NCBI GenBank assembly: GCA_023391005.1
Contig: JAEWBS010000112.1
Span: forward strand, 2,143 to 66,142
DNA length: 64,000 nt
Source of the DNA: Bacillota bacterium
GTDB taxonomy: Bacteria; Bacillota; Clostridia; Oscillospirales; Ruminococcaceae
Reading direction: 5' to 3'
The notes under the pieces are model-generated. The model saw only the letters and a list, made by a program, of their open reading frames with translations, made no database searches and was not told the DNA's origin. The position numbers and the translations under genes are program-made. Positions 8,751 through 21,225 of the stretch are shown piece by piece; the first letter of the stretch is position 1; each line of letters starts with the position of its first letter.

Positions 8751-9722
8751 CTATAATACAAAGGTCTTTTGCGCTCCGCGCTCAAAGCGCCGATGCTGCT
8801 CCTCGAGTAAAAGCGCCAGCGCCTCGGCCGCGCCCAGTTTGCGCGCTGCTTCGCAGGCGGTACGCAGCGTCTCCTGCCCTGCCTGCGCCTGCGGCAAAAA
8901 CCACGCCAGCCCGCGCATATCCCGCCGGCCCAGCAGCCATTCGAGGACTCTATCCGCGTTTCGGCGCAGAAAGTCGAGATATTGCGCCGTCGTCTCGGGC
9001 GTCAGCCCACGCGGAAATTCAAGTCGGTACCAAGCCATGCGCAGCGCGCAGTCGGGGTCGTGCTCAGTCGCCAGCAGCGCCGGCCACAGCCGGTCGTAGT
9101 CTTTGAGCTCAAGCGCGCGGCGCTTGAACATACTGTGGTAGGGATAGCCCGGCCCCTGAACCTCGTAGAAAAAACAGCGCGCCGAAATATTCTCCTGATA
9201 AGCCTCCGAATAGCCCGGAAAGATCAGCCGGGCGGGCGGCCCCTCGGGGTATTCGACCGTGATATCCAGCTCGCGCGAAAAGGCGCTCGCAAAATGATAA
9301 ACACTCTCTGCCCGCTCGTCTGCGGCCCGCACAAAAAAGGTGTCGAGCATCCGGCAGTTCATGAATACGTCGATGCCCCAATGCTCGACCTCGCTTAAAA
9401 AGCGCGCCTCACGCAGCCGCAAACAGTTATAAAACGCATAGTCGCCCACCCGCCGCAGCGTTTGGGGCAGCGTAATTCGCTTTAGCCGCTGGTTGTCCGT
9501 CTCCGTGCCGCCCGGCCCGCAGGTGATGCGCAGCCGTTCGCCCTCGGGCGGTTCCTCGGTGGTATCAAAGGCGAGCCTGCTCAGGGCGGTCACCGGCAGA
9601 CCCTGTATCGTCTCGGGCAGCACCACATCCCGGTCGGTCGTTTCGACACGGGTCAGCTCCGCGCCGTCCGCGACAGGCCGCCAAGTGATCAGCAGATTAT
9701 TTTGCCCCGCAACAGTTTTCAC
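8751..9722 (-). CDS. BspA-type leucine-rich-repeat protein (no signal peptide seen)
   Basis: VVLPETIQGLPVT, LKRITLPQTLRRVGDYAFYNC, WGIDVFMNC repeats. Confidence 0.75.
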   Translation of the reverse strand: MKTVAGQNNLLITWRPVADGAELTRVETTDRDVVLPETIQGLPVTALSRLAFDTTEEPPEGERLRITCGPGGTETDNQRLKRITLPQTLRRVGDYAFYNCLRLREARFLSEVEHWGIDVFMNCRMLDTFFVRAADERAESVYHFASAFSRELDITVEYPEGPPARLIFPGYSEAYQENISARCFFYEVQGPGYPYHSMFKRRALELKDYDRLWPALLATEHDPDCALRMAWYRLEFPRGLTPETTAQYLDFLRRNADRVLEWLLGRRDMRGLAWFLPQAQAGQETLRTACEAARKLGAAEALALLLEEQHRRFERGAQKTFVL

Positions 9723-9831
9723 AGGTTGGCCTCCGTTTATTGTTCATTGATTTTTTATTTTACCATATTACGGTGCTTGCTTCCAGTGCTTTGACGATTT
9801 ATCAGACGGGATTGAGCGAACAAATACTCAC

Positions 9832-10914
9832 CTATGACGCCGCGTGCTTTCGCGCTTGGAAATAGAGACGGTTGTGCGCAACGCTGGCGTCGTCGGGTCT
9901 AAATTTTCCCGCTTCCTCGTTATAGTGCTCTGCGAGGTCGGTCATACCCAGCTTATCGTAGCAGACTGCCAGTTCAATGCAAGGAATATAGGTCCAGCAG
10001 TCCTCACGGATAAAGCCCCAGTTATTTTCCGGCTTTTTGAGCGTTGTGGCCAGCTGGAACCAAAAAGCCGCGCGCTTGTAGTCCTTAACCGTTTTCCACG
10101 CATAGCCCAGCGCACAGCAGGTTTCGGCGCGCGGTGTGTCATACGCAAAGCTGCGCACCAGCGCCTTAAGCTGGTCTTCGCGCCGATTCTCCCGTTCATA
10201 GCAGGTCGCCAGCTCGGCGCAGGCGGTGATATTATCTTCAACCCAACCCTTTCCCGTGTCGAGAAACAGGCTGAAAAATTGTATGGCGTCTTTGAAACGG
10301 CCATTGTCCTTGAGCTCCCGCGCATAGTAGTATAGGCCCCTTGGCGAAAGCTGGCCGCCCTCGGCAAGCAGCCGCTCATAGATGGCAATGTTGCGCCCGG
10401 GTGCGGCACCGCCGGTTTTGGTGTGGGTGATCGCGACATCCGATTCGATGACGCGGCCGTGCACCTCAAGGTATTCATGGACGGCTTCTTTCCAGCGCCA
10501 CTGCTTTTCGCGTCTGACAAGGCGCTCCCGATAATAGCTGAAGGTGACATTGCCTTTTTTATCAAATCCCGTATTGTATTTCATCATCACGCCGTCTATC
10601 GACGGCCCCAGTGTCTCTTTGAGCTGCTTAAACTTGATCCGATCCGGCTCAAACAGTACGTCGTCGGCATCCAGCCAGAGAATATAGTCCTTGGTGGCCT
10701 GCTCAAAGGCGTAATTGCGCGCCTTTGAAAAATCATCCACCCAGATAAAATCCAATACTTTATCGGTGAAGCGGCGCGCAATTTCCTTGGTCGCGTCGGT
10801 GGAACCGGTATCGACGACAACAATTTCATCGACAATATCCTTAATCGACGAAAGGCAGTTGGCCAGATGCGCTTCCTCATTTTTCACAATCATGCACAGG
10901 CTTATGGTACACAC
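9832..10914 (-). CDS. GT2 glycosyltransferase with TPR repeats
   Basis: ISLCMIVKNEE, VDTGSTD, DFSKARN, WLDADD, VHE; TPR-like C-terminus; adjacent to the collagen gene. Confidence 0.92.
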   Translation of the reverse strand: MCTISLCMIVKNEEAHLANCLSSIKDIVDEIVVVDTGSTDATKEIARRFTDKVLDFIWVDDFSKARNYAFEQATKDYILWLDADDVLFEPDRIKFKQLKETLGPSIDGVMMKYNTGFDKKGNVTFSYYRERLVRREKQWRWKEAVHEYLEVHGRVIESDVAITHTKTGGAAPGRNIAIYERLLAEGGQLSPRGLYYYARELKDNGRFKDAIQFFSLFLDTGKGWVEDNITACAELATCYERENRREDQLKALVRSFAYDTPRAETCCALGYAWKTVKDYKRAAFWFQLATTLKKPENNWGFIREDCWTYIPCIELAVCYDKLGMTDLAEHYNEEAGKFRPDDASVAHNRLYFQARKHAAS

Positions 10915-11032
10915 GCAAATTTCCCCCCGCAGGTGATATTTTGTCAGAAAGGCGGAGCGCCCACAGAATGCAGGCGCTCCGAACCTGTCATGGTATATGC
11001 TTCAGGCGTTGGCCGCTAGGACATGATCTGCG

Positions 11033-13093
<2,061 letters not shown>

Positions 13094-13804
13094 TTATATT
13101 ATATGATTTTGCCTATTAAGGGACCCTCTGGACTTGCAAAAATATGATATAATCGAATTTATAATGCATAAATGCAATATGTTTTCAATAGAAATATGTT
13201 CACGCGGCATGCTGCAAACAGGCGCAATCACTGTAGATTCTTTGATCGACACACGACTCTGATTGTTGAAGCGGCCGCAGGTTACCCAAATCCTCAAAGG
13301 TCTGCATGCCTGCGGCAGGCAAAAAATTCAAAAGCAATTAACGGCCCGGAATAGCGTTCTGTTTTGCCGCAGGGTTTAACTTTTTGACAACGCTATAAAA
13401 ATGACATGTGCCTGTTCATCGGTATAAAATACCGCAGTGAACAAGCACATGTCATTTGTAAGGTAACCTTTGTGGAATTGCCGCGCCCAACCCCAAGGAG
13501 CAAGGCGGCGGGCAATCCCTTGAAAAGGAAGTGATGAAAGCAAATTTAGCGTGATAAGATTATCGCTTTTATTAAGTATAAGGGCCGCGTTACAGCCTGA
13601 CACGGTTTTGAGCACCGCATACGGCCGTATATCGGTTACCGCCGCAAGGCGGCTTTTACAGCGTTTAGTTTTAAATTGGCACTGCTTAAATGTCGAGATT
13701 GGGCGATATGTACCGCTTGGCAGAAGTGACGAAAACCCGAACGGCTGTCGCGGTTACAAATAAGGCCATCACAATTGCCGCTGCGCGTAAAAACCAGTTC
13801 GTTT

Positions 13805-14383
13805 TCATGGTACATATTCCTTTGCGCTTGATTTTCCAATCAGCAGCATAATGCCGACAAAGGTCAGCGATAACATCACGACGCTTGCCGCCGTTGTCTG
13901 CGCCAGTGTATATAAAAGGAGGCCCACGCCGATCTGAACAGACAGTACAGCGATAGACCTCCTTTTATACGTCTTTCTTTCCAGTGCATCCAGTGGCTTA
14001 TTAATGCTTTCCAGAGGGGCAAGCAGCACAGTGACGATCACCGCAATAATACCGGAAGATAACATGATAATCGGCGGCCAATCAAGACTACGTTTAAGTA
14101 ACAGAAAAAACAGTACTGTGATTGCCGTGGATACAAAATAGCATCTTGTAGGGGTACTGGCGTGATACCCACCGCTGTAGGAACGTAGGCTGAAATAGCA
14201 GAAGAGAAACAAAGCGCCTTGCCAAACCATGCCAAAATACAGACTGACTAAAAAGGTGGTCGCTGTATTCAATGCGATGAACAGCCCTTGTCCTATTCCG
14301 AAAACATATAAGTCCTTATCCTCTTCACGAACGCTACCGCTGAGAATCAGATAATCTGTGAGCCTTTCAGAAAGAGACCCCAT
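13805..14383 (-). CDS. agrB: accessory gene regulator B
   Basis: LRSYSGGYHAS..RC catalytic His/Cys, APLESINKPL; multi-TM. Confidence 0.92.
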   Translation of the reverse strand: MGSLSERLTDYLILSGSVREEDKDLYVFGIGQGLFIALNTATTFLVSLYFGMVWQGALFLFCYFSLRSYSGGYHASTPTRCYFVSTAITVLFFLLLKRSLDWPPIIMLSSGIIAVIVTVLLAPLESINKPLDALERKTYKRRSIAVLSVQIGVGLLLYTLAQTTAASVVMLSLTFVGIMLLIGKSSAKEYVP

Positions 14384-14526
14384 TAGAACTTACGCAAATT
14401 CTTTGCGCTTTGGGGCAGTTCCGGCTGATGAGCGAGATACCCGCAGGCGACGTTTGCGGACATTGTTGCTACTACGAGCGCCAGACAAGCAATAATCCCA
14501 CTAAACTGGGCCATAAACCGTTTCAT
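14383..14526 (-). CDS. agrD: AgrD cyclic-lactone autoinducer precursor, 47 aa
   Basis: Hand translation MKRFMAQFSGIIACLALVVATMSANVACGYLAHQPELPQSAKNLRKF; GAGGAGG RBS; stop overlaps the agrB start (TAATG). Not in the ORF track. Confidence 0.92.
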   Translation of the reverse strand: MKRFMAQFSGIIACLALVVATMSANVACGYLAHQPELPQSAKNLRKF

Positions 14527-14560
14527 GCGTTTGACCTCCTCTCAATTTAATCTTGTTAAA

Positions 14561-14627
14561 AATATAGCACAAATCGGGAATCTGTGCCGTAAAATGGTGT
14601 AACTAATAGGTTTAAGGGAGTAACTCA
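14561..14627 (-). promoter_or_regulatory. agrD promoter with LytTR-type direct repeats
   Basis: TGcTATATT extended -10 (14561-14569), poor -35, AGTTAC twice at 21-bp period (14599-14604, 14620-14625). Confidence 0.55.
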
Positions 14628-14745
14628 AAGTTTTTCTTGAAAAAGCTGAAAATGATCTAATTATGCGATATCCTGTCGACGCTGGATATCGCATATTTCT
14701 ACCTCCACCGAAATATGCACACTGTTTATAGGCAGAATAAAAGTC

Positions 14746-14801
14746 AATTGTAAACAAAATATATGATAAAGGTTGACAATTAAGCAACATAGCGTTATAG
14801 T
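14746..14801 (+). promoter_or_regulatory. BirA operator overlapping the sigmaA promoter of bioYBDA
   Basis: AATTGTAAAC-N16-GTTGACAATT (14746-14781); TTGACA(14773)-N17-TATAGT(14796). Confidence 0.85.
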
Positions 14802-14853
14802 TAAAACGACCTAAATCCGGGTAGACAGGTTATAAAAAACGGGGAGGTTCGCA

Positions 14854-15441
14854 ATGGAAGAAAAGGTCATTCGCGCAGGCGGCAATGTGCAAAGCGGCTT
14901 AAAGGCGCGCCAGCTCACCTATATCGCGTTATTTACCGCTTTAATTGCCGTCGGGGCTTTTATCAGAATTCCGGTGCCGGTGGTTCCGTTTACGTTGCAG
15001 TTTTTGTTTACCATGCTGGCGGGATTGTTTTTAGGCGGAAAAAACGGCGCGGTCTGTGTGGCGGTTTATACGGTTCTCGGCCTGATCGGCCTGCCGATAT
15101 TCGCGGAGGGCGGCGGAATCGGGTATCTTATTAAACCCAGCTTTGGCTATATTCTCGGATTCTGTGCCGCAAGCTACGTGACCGGCAAACTGGCGCAACG
15201 GCTCACGACGGTCACCTTTAAGAAGCTTCTTTTTTGTAATTTAATCGGCTTGTTTATCGTCTATGGCATGGGAATAGTTTATTATTATGTGATCTGCAAC
15301 TATGTGACCGCTACGCCGATCGGCCTATGGCCGCTGTTTTTATACTGTTTTCTTCTGGCTGTGCCTGGGGATATCTGCCTTTGCATTTTAGCGGCTGTTC
15401 TGACCCAACGGCTACAGCCAGTGATCAATAGAATGAGGTAA
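14854..15441 (+). CDS. bioY: biotin transporter BioY
   Basis: VPFTLQ, GLIGLPIFAEGGG, PSFGYILGF. Confidence 0.95.
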   Translation: MEEKVIRAGGNVQSGLKARQLTYIALFTALIAVGAFIRIPVPVVPFTLQFLFTMLAGLFLGGKNGAVCVAVYTVLGLIGLPIFAEGGGIGYLIKPSFGYILGFCAASYVTGKLAQRLTTVTFKKLLFCNLIGLFIVYGMGIVYYYVICNYVTATPIGLWPLFLYCFLLAVPGDICLCILAAVLTQRLQPVINRMR

Positions 15442-15445
15442 AAAT

Positions 15446-16420
15446 ATGACTATCGTTGAAGGATTAAAACAAAAGGTATTTTCTCAACAGGAATTGAGTA
15501 AAGAAGACGCCCTTTGGTTAAAAGACGCACCATTGTCAGAGCTGTGCGCGGCGGCGGATGAAATTCGTTCTCGTTTCTGCGGAGAAACCTTTGATATGTG
15601 CACCATTGTCAACGGAAAATGCGGCAGATGCTCAGAGGACTGTAAATATTGCGCCCAAAGCGCACACTATCAGACAGCCTGTGTTGAAAGCTATCCCCTG
15701 CTCTCCACAGCGGAGCTGGTGACGCGCGCAAAGCACGACGCCCAACAGGGCGTGCTCCGCTATTCGATCGTCACCTCCGGCAAACGGCTTTCAGACGAGG
15801 AGGTGGCGCAAGCCTGCGAGAGTATCCGCGCCATCCGGCGGGAAGCAGGCATTCAGGTCTGCATCTCCTTCGGTCTGTTGGGGGAAGCGCAGTTTGCCAA
15901 GCTCAAGGCAGCCGGGGCTTCCCGCGTCCACTGCAATCTCGAAGCCTCGGAGCGGTATTTTCCCGAGGTCTGTACCACGCATACCTGGCAGGACAAGGTT
16001 GAGACACTCAAGGCCGCTAAGCGCGCAGGGCTCGATATCTGCTCCGGCGGCATCATGGGACTTGGCGAAACGATGGGGGATCGCATCGATATGGTGCTGG
16101 CCGTGCGAGCGCTCGGCGTAAAATCGGTTCCGGTCAACCTGCTCAACCCCATTGCGGGCACGCCTTATGAACATAACGCCGTTTTGACTAACGACGAGTT
16201 GCGCCGTATCGTCGCCATCTTCCGTTTTCTGATCCCCGACGGCACCATCCGTCTGGCGGGAGGGCGCGGCCTTCTTGAGGACAAGGGTGAAAAATGCTTC
16301 CTGAGCGGTGCAAACGCCGCCATCAGCGGCGATATGCTGACGACGGCGGGCTACTCGGTTCAGACCGATATGGCACTGCTCAACCGGCTGGGGTACGAGG
16401 TGAAGCTGACGGATGCGTAA
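15446..16420 (+). CDS. bioB: biotin synthase
   Basis: CSEDCKYCAQS radical SAM motif, CSGGIMGLGE, IRLAGGR. Confidence 0.96.
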   Translation: MTIVEGLKQKVFSQQELSKEDALWLKDAPLSELCAAADEIRSRFCGETFDMCTIVNGKCGRCSEDCKYCAQSAHYQTACVESYPLLSTAELVTRAKHDAQQGVLRYSIVTSGKRLSDEEVAQACESIRAIRREAGIQVCISFGLLGEAQFAKLKAAGASRVHCNLEASERYFPEVCTTHTWQDKVETLKAAKRAGLDICSGGIMGLGETMGDRIDMVLAVRALGVKSVPVNLLNPIAGTPYEHNAVLTNDELRRIVAIFRFLIPDGTIRLAGGRGLLEDKGEKCFLSGANAAISGDMLTTAGYSVQTDMALLNRLGYEVKLTDA

Positions 16421-17096
16421 GCGTTTATTTATCGTAGGAACCGGCACCGATGTGGGCAAAACCTATGTGACCGGCCTGATTTTAAAGAAGCTGCGCGAGA
16501 GCGGAAAAAAAACGGCCTATTTCAAGGCGGCCATGAGCGGGAACCAGCGGGATCAGGAAAACCGTTTAATACCCGGCGACGCGCTGGCGGTCAGGGCGGC
16601 TTCCGGCATTGATCAGCCGTTGGAGGATATGTGCCCCTATGTTTACGAGCAGGCCTGTTCCCCACATCTAGCCGCTCAAATCGAAGGTAACCCTGTTCGG
16701 ATGCAGACGGTCAAAGCCTGTTTTGACGCTTTATGCGACAAATACGACTATGTTACGGTGGAGGGCGCCGGGGGAATTCTCTGTCCGCTGCGTTTTGACG
16801 AAGAAAAGCTTCAGTCGGAGGACGTGATCAAGGCATTGGGCCTTCCCTGCCTCATCGTTGCGGACGCGGGGCTGGGGGCGATCAATGCCGTGGGCTTAAC
16901 GGCGGCGTATATGAAGACCAAAAACATCCCCGTTAAAGGCATTATCTTGAATCGCTTCCATCCGGGCGATGTGATGGAAGAAGACAACCTCAAAATGTGT
17001 GAATTCATGACGGGGCTGCGCGTTCTCGCCTGTGTAAAATATGGTGACGAAGCGTTGGATGTGGACGCCAAAGCGCTTGCGGCCCTGTATGAGTGA
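16413..17096 (+). CDS. bioD: dethiobiotin synthetase
   Basis: GTGTDVGKT, SPHLAA, VEGAGG, LGAIN. Confidence 0.95.
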   Translation: MRKRLFIVGTGTDVGKTYVTGLILKKLRESGKKTAYFKAAMSGNQRDQENRLIPGDALAVRAASGIDQPLEDMCPYVYEQACSPHLAAQIEGNPVRMQTVKACFDALCDKYDYVTVEGAGGILCPLRFDEEKLQSEDVIKALGLPCLIVADAGLGAINAVGLTAAYMKTKNIPVKGIILNRFHPGDVMEEDNLKMCEFMTGLRVLACVKYGDEALDVDAKALAALYE

Positions 17097-17113
17097 AAAG
17101 GGAGGCGTATTTT

Positions 17114-18304
17114 ATGATTTGGTATCCGTATCAGCAAATGAAAACCATGAAACCACCCTACGAAATTGTGGACGCCGAAGGGGTCTATCTTTATACCAAG
17201 GGCAACAAAATAATCGACAGTGTTTCTTCGTGGTGGAGTGTGATACACGGCTACAAGCACCCGGTGCTGACCGAGGCGATTAAAGCGCAGGCCGACCGCT
17301 TCTCGCATGTCACGCTGGGCGGCCTGACCCACGAGCCGGCGGAAAATCTGTCAAAGAAGCTTCAGGAATGGCTGCCCGGCAATCTGGACTATTGCTTTTT
17401 CTCCGATTCGGGGAGCGTCGCCGTCGAGGTTGCCTTGAAGATGGCGCTGCAATATTACGTCAACAGAGGGGAAAAACGCGACAAGGCGCTGTCCCTGTCC
17501 CACGCTTATCACGGGGATACCTTCAAGGCCATGGAGGTTGGGGACGACGAGGATTATCATTTTGCGTTCAACGAGAAAAAGGGCGTTGTTCATATCCCGA
17601 CAGAAATTCCTGCGCTTGAAAGAGCGTTTGCCCAATATCATGGCGATCTGTACTGCTTTATTGTCGAGCCGCTGTTACAGGGCGCGGGCGGCATGAGAAT
17701 GTACGACATCTCTTTCCTCAAGCGTGCCAGAGAACTGTGCGACGCGCACAACGTCCTCTTGATTTTCGATGAGGTCGCGACGGGCTTTGGCCGCACCGGG
17801 CACCGTTTCGTCGCAGATTTGGTCTGTCCCGATATTCTGGTGCTCGGCAAGGCCCTGACCGGCGGATACATCGGTCACGCGGTCACGGTGGCCAACCATA
17901 AGGTCTATGACGGCTTTTATGGGGACGACGCTTCGCTGGCGCTCATGCATGGGCCCACCTTTATGGGCAACGCGCTGGCTTGCAGCGTGGCCTTAAAATC
18001 CATCGCGCTTTTTGAGCAGGAGGATTACCTTTCTAAAATCGCCCGGATTGAGGCTGTCACAAGACGTGAGATGGCCGGCTTTACCGACAGCCGAATCAAA
18101 GAGATACGCATGATGGGCGGCTGTTTCTGCATTGAGGTTCACGATTCGTCTATACTGGAGGGCTTCCAGCAATTTGCATACGCGCATGGCGTATTCAACC
18201 GCCCCTTTCTAAACTATATGTACGCTATGGTTCCATACATCATTGGGGAGCCTGAGCTGGTGCAGATATTAAATACCATGAAAGCGTGGTTTCGATCGCT
18301 TTAG
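17114..18304 (+). CDS. bioA: DAPA aminotransferase
   Basis: IWYPYQQM, SSWW..HG, DSGSVAVEVALK, DEVATGFGRTG, GKALTGG, HGPTFMGN. Confidence 0.95.
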   Translation: MIWYPYQQMKTMKPPYEIVDAEGVYLYTKGNKIIDSVSSWWSVIHGYKHPVLTEAIKAQADRFSHVTLGGLTHEPAENLSKKLQEWLPGNLDYCFFSDSGSVAVEVALKMALQYYVNRGEKRDKALSLSHAYHGDTFKAMEVGDDEDYHFAFNEKKGVVHIPTEIPALERAFAQYHGDLYCFIVEPLLQGAGGMRMYDISFLKRARELCDAHNVLLIFDEVATGFGRTGHRFVADLVCPDILVLGKALTGGYIGHAVTVANHKVYDGFYGDDASLALMHGPTFMGNALACSVALKSIALFEQEDYLSKIARIEAVTRREMAGFTDSRIKEIRMMGGCFCIEVHDSSILEGFQQFAYAHGVFNRPFLNYMYAMVPYIIGEPELVQILNTMKAWFRSL

Positions 18305-18393
18305 CAGCCAAGGAACCTTTTACAGTGTGAAATGCTAAACCAAGAGAATGGTCCCACTTATGTCTCATGTGAGGCATAAGTGGGACTGGCCCA

Positions 18394-18567
18394 TCAGCGT
18401 TTAACAGGCTTTTCCGGGAACGTGATCAATGTGTCGCTTGCCTGTATGTACAATTCTTCACACTCCTGCTGCGCCTCTCTCAAGATCGTGTTTGCACATT
18501 CCAACAGCTTTTCCGCGTCGGTCAATGCGTTGAACATTTTGTGGTACATTTGCTTATAATCCGCCAT
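18394..18567 (-). CDS. small coiled-coil hypothetical protein
   Basis: MADYKQMYHKMFNALTDA...AQQECEELYI; AAGGGG RBS; divergent from an XRE gene. Confidence 0.65.
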   Translation of the reverse strand: MADYKQMYHKMFNALTDAEKLLECANTILREAQQECEELYIQASDTLITFPEKPVKR

Positions 18568-18702
18568 ATTGTTTAACCCCTTCATAATTAGTGTTATACC
18601 ACTAATTATAGCACAAAATAGTCTATAGTGCTATATCACTAACATCATATTTTCAGACAAGGTATTGTGTAGTTAGTGACAAACCACTAAGGAGGGGATG
18701 AA

Positions 18703-18945
18703 GTGAACACAAGGGACGCAGTGGCTAACAGGATTCTTGAGCTTTGCCGTAAAAAAGGGATTACGCCCAATGCCCTTAGCTATCAGGCGGGAGTACCGCA
18801 ATCAACAATAAAAAGCATCCTTAATAACGAAAGCCAGAACCCCGGCATTGTGACCATAAAGAAATTATGTGACGGGTTAGACATTACTTTGCCTGATTTC
18901 TTTAACACAGATGCCTTTCGCACATTGGAACAAGAGATCAAATAA
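18703..18945 (+). CDS. XRE/Cro-C1 HTH regulator
   Basis: LSYQAGVPQSTIKSI..NPGIVTIKKLCDGLDI..DFF; AAGGAGG RBS. Confidence 0.88.
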   Translation: MNTRDAVANRILELCRKKGITPNALSYQAGVPQSTIKSILNNESQNPGIVTIKKLCDGLDITLPDFFNTDAFRTLEQEIK

Positions 18946-19202
18946 AGAAAAGCAAATTAATAAAGGCGAATGATATAGAAGGTTCAGATCGCTTTCAACA
19001 TAGCCTGCATTTCGCACCCGCCAAACGCGTACGCCCAATGAAAGAAAAGGGACTGCCATGCAGCTATTCGCATGGCAGTCCCTTTATTGTTTAAGCTGTA
19101 TGTTGTGGCACGCCTTCATCAGCGCCTATCCAGAGAAGTTCATATCAATGCTCCCCATTATTTAGTCGCTTCTTGGGCTGCTCCCCACATTTATTAAAGG
19201 CT

Positions 19203-20213
19203 TTACTTTTGATATTGCGCCTGATGCTGCTGCAGATAGGCAAAGGTGGTGGGGGGCACCAGCTTTTTAACCGCCTGCATATCACCCTCATGCAGCAGCC
19301 GACGCACCGACGAGGCGCTGATCGGCATGCCGTCGAGCTGCTTGCGTTCAATCTCAATCAGCTCAATGCCATATTGGGGCAGCAGCTCCTTCATCTTGGC
19401 GTTATAGGCATTGGTCACCACGCAACTGGGCTCGGTGCCGACAAAGCGCTTGGTAACCCCCAGACCCTTGGCAAAATATTCGCAGAAGATGCGGATATCC
19501 AGCGCGCAGTTCGCGTCCTCGGCCTTTGACTGTTCCTTGATAAAATAGGTCGGAAAGACGGCGGACGAAATCAAATAATCGCTGGTTTTATGCAGCAGGA
19601 TATTGGGCAGATCCGCCACGCCCTGCCGCACGAGCTCATAGCGCACATCGGCCGGGAATTCGCTCTTATCCTCCGACAAAACGAACAAATGCAGCACGTC
19701 GCACTGTCGTGCGGCGGTTTCTATCAGATAACGGTGCCCGTTCGTAAAAGGGTTGCAGTTGACGACAATGGCGCCGATGCTGTCACCGTCGCGCCGCTCA
19801 AGCTGTGCGACATAATTTTTGATACCGTTTTTTCGGTTCTCCGCCAATAAAACATCCTTGGTTTCAAGAATCGGATAAAAGCCCATATCCAAAAACATCT
19901 GCTTGTTGTCGGGTTTGGTGAATAAAAAGAGATGTGTTTTGCCGCGTTCGACCGCCAGATTGCAGACCTGCGTCACAACCCGAACCGAAAGGCCGTGGCC
20001 CTGATAATCTTTAGAAACCGCAACGCATTTGAGCACATTGTCATGCAGCGAGCAGGTCGCCGCAATGTTGCCGTCTTCATCCATCAGGTTGACGGTTGCT
20101 TCAATCTGCTCGTCGTAATGCAGATCGTACGCGGCCAAAAACGCTTTGAGCTTCTCCTTTTGCTTGCCCGAGAAAGGAAATCCCTGTTCCTCGTAAAAAT
20201 TATAATCGTCCAT
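19203..20213 (-). CDS. citC: [citrate (pro-3S)-lyase] ligase
   Basis: N-terminal GNAT (LKCVAV..QGHG), NCNPFTNGHRYL, YLISSAVFPTYF, RFVGTEP, ISASSVR. Confidence 0.92.
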   Translation of the reverse strand: MDDYNFYEEQGFPFSGKQKEKLKAFLAAYDLHYDEQIEATVNLMDEDGNIAATCSLHDNVLKCVAVSKDYQGHGLSVRVVTQVCNLAVERGKTHLFLFTKPDNKQMFLDMGFYPILETKDVLLAENRKNGIKNYVAQLERRDGDSIGAIVVNCNPFTNGHRYLIETAARQCDVLHLFVLSEDKSEFPADVRYELVRQGVADLPNILLHKTSDYLISSAVFPTYFIKEQSKAEDANCALDIRIFCEYFAKGLGVTKRFVGTEPSCVVTNAYNAKMKELLPQYGIELIEIERKQLDGMPISASSVRRLLHEGDMQAVKKLVPPTTFAYLQQHQAQYQK

Positions 20214-20613
20214 GGCCCTCCCCTTTCTTTCAATAAGCGCGCCAAAGATGGACATCGGCAACGGCGACATAGCCCTATGCAGCTTGTCCGGTGCTGCGGC
20301 AGATACCGGATCCACACGCCGTACAGCCTCCCGCGATTAGCAATCTCCCCAATATCGGGGCTGTAAAGTTCTCTTATTATAGCGCATAATTATAGGGAAG
20401 TCTATCAAAAAGACACCCGTCTGGCTTTAGCAAACTTGACCGCCTGTACCAGTCCTTTATGTGATCGACGGCAAACAAGCCCGCGAACAGCCGAATTATT
20501 GCGGGCATTTTATTGAATTGGAAATCTGCGCAAACCTATGTTATGATATTAATAATGCCCACAGACGGATCAGGCTTTGCAATGCAGACTATGGTATAGA
20601 AAAGAGAATCTTT

Positions 20614-21225
20614 ATGAGTATTTGGCGCGAATTATTTGGCCCCGGCAGAAAAGAGCTGTGGCAGCTCTTAAGCGAGCAAACCGGCAGCGAATTTGTTGCA
20701 GGCGGCCTTCTTAAAGCGGATAAGGTGGTGCACCGGTACCGCGGCTGGACCATCACGCTTGACACCTATACCGTTTCGACCGGCAAAACATCCACGACTT
20801 ATACGCGGATCAGAGCGCCATATGTCGGGGTCGGCGGTTTTCGGTTCTCGATCCACCGAAGCGGCCTGTTCAGCGAACTTGGAATGTTCCTCGGCTTTCA
20901 GGACATTGAGATCGGCAGCGCGCAATTTGACAAGGCGTTTGTGGTCAAGTCAAACTGCGACGAAACAGTTAGGGCGCTTTTATCCGATACCCAACTGTTG
21001 AATCTGATAGACGCACAGCCCAGATTTGATCTGAAAATTAAGGACGATGAGGGCTGGTTTGGCGCAAATTTTCCCGAGGATGTCGATATGCTCTATTTTT
21101 CGGTGTCCGGCATTATCAAGGATGTTGAACAGCTAAAGCAGCTGTTTGAAATTTTTTCTGAAATGCTCGACCGTCTTTGCACACTGGGCGTCGCCGCTGA
21201 GTACGCGCCCGAAACCGCACTGTAA
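20614..21225 (+). CDS. conserved hypothetical protein (DUF3137-like)
   Basis: ITLDTYTVSTGK..YTRIRAP, QDIEIG..FDKAFVVKSN pattern. Confidence 0.6.
   Translation: MSIWRELFGPGRKELWQLLSEQTGSEFVAGGLLKADKVVHRYRGWTITLDTYTVSTGKTSTTYTRIRAPYVGVGGFRFSIHRSGLFSELGMFLGFQDIEIGSAQFDKAFVVKSNCDETVRALLSDTQLLNLIDAQPRFDLKIKDDEGWFGANFPEDVDMLYFSVSGIIKDVEQLKQLFEIFSEMLDRLCTLGVAAEYAPETAL

Noticed and set aside
14854..18304. Biotin operon lacking bioF/bioW
   Set aside because: bioYBDA-type late-step operons are known in clostridia, and the early genes may lie elsewhere.
19203..20213. Orphan citC without citDEFXG
   Set aside because: The partner genes may be outside this window; nothing else unusual is visible.
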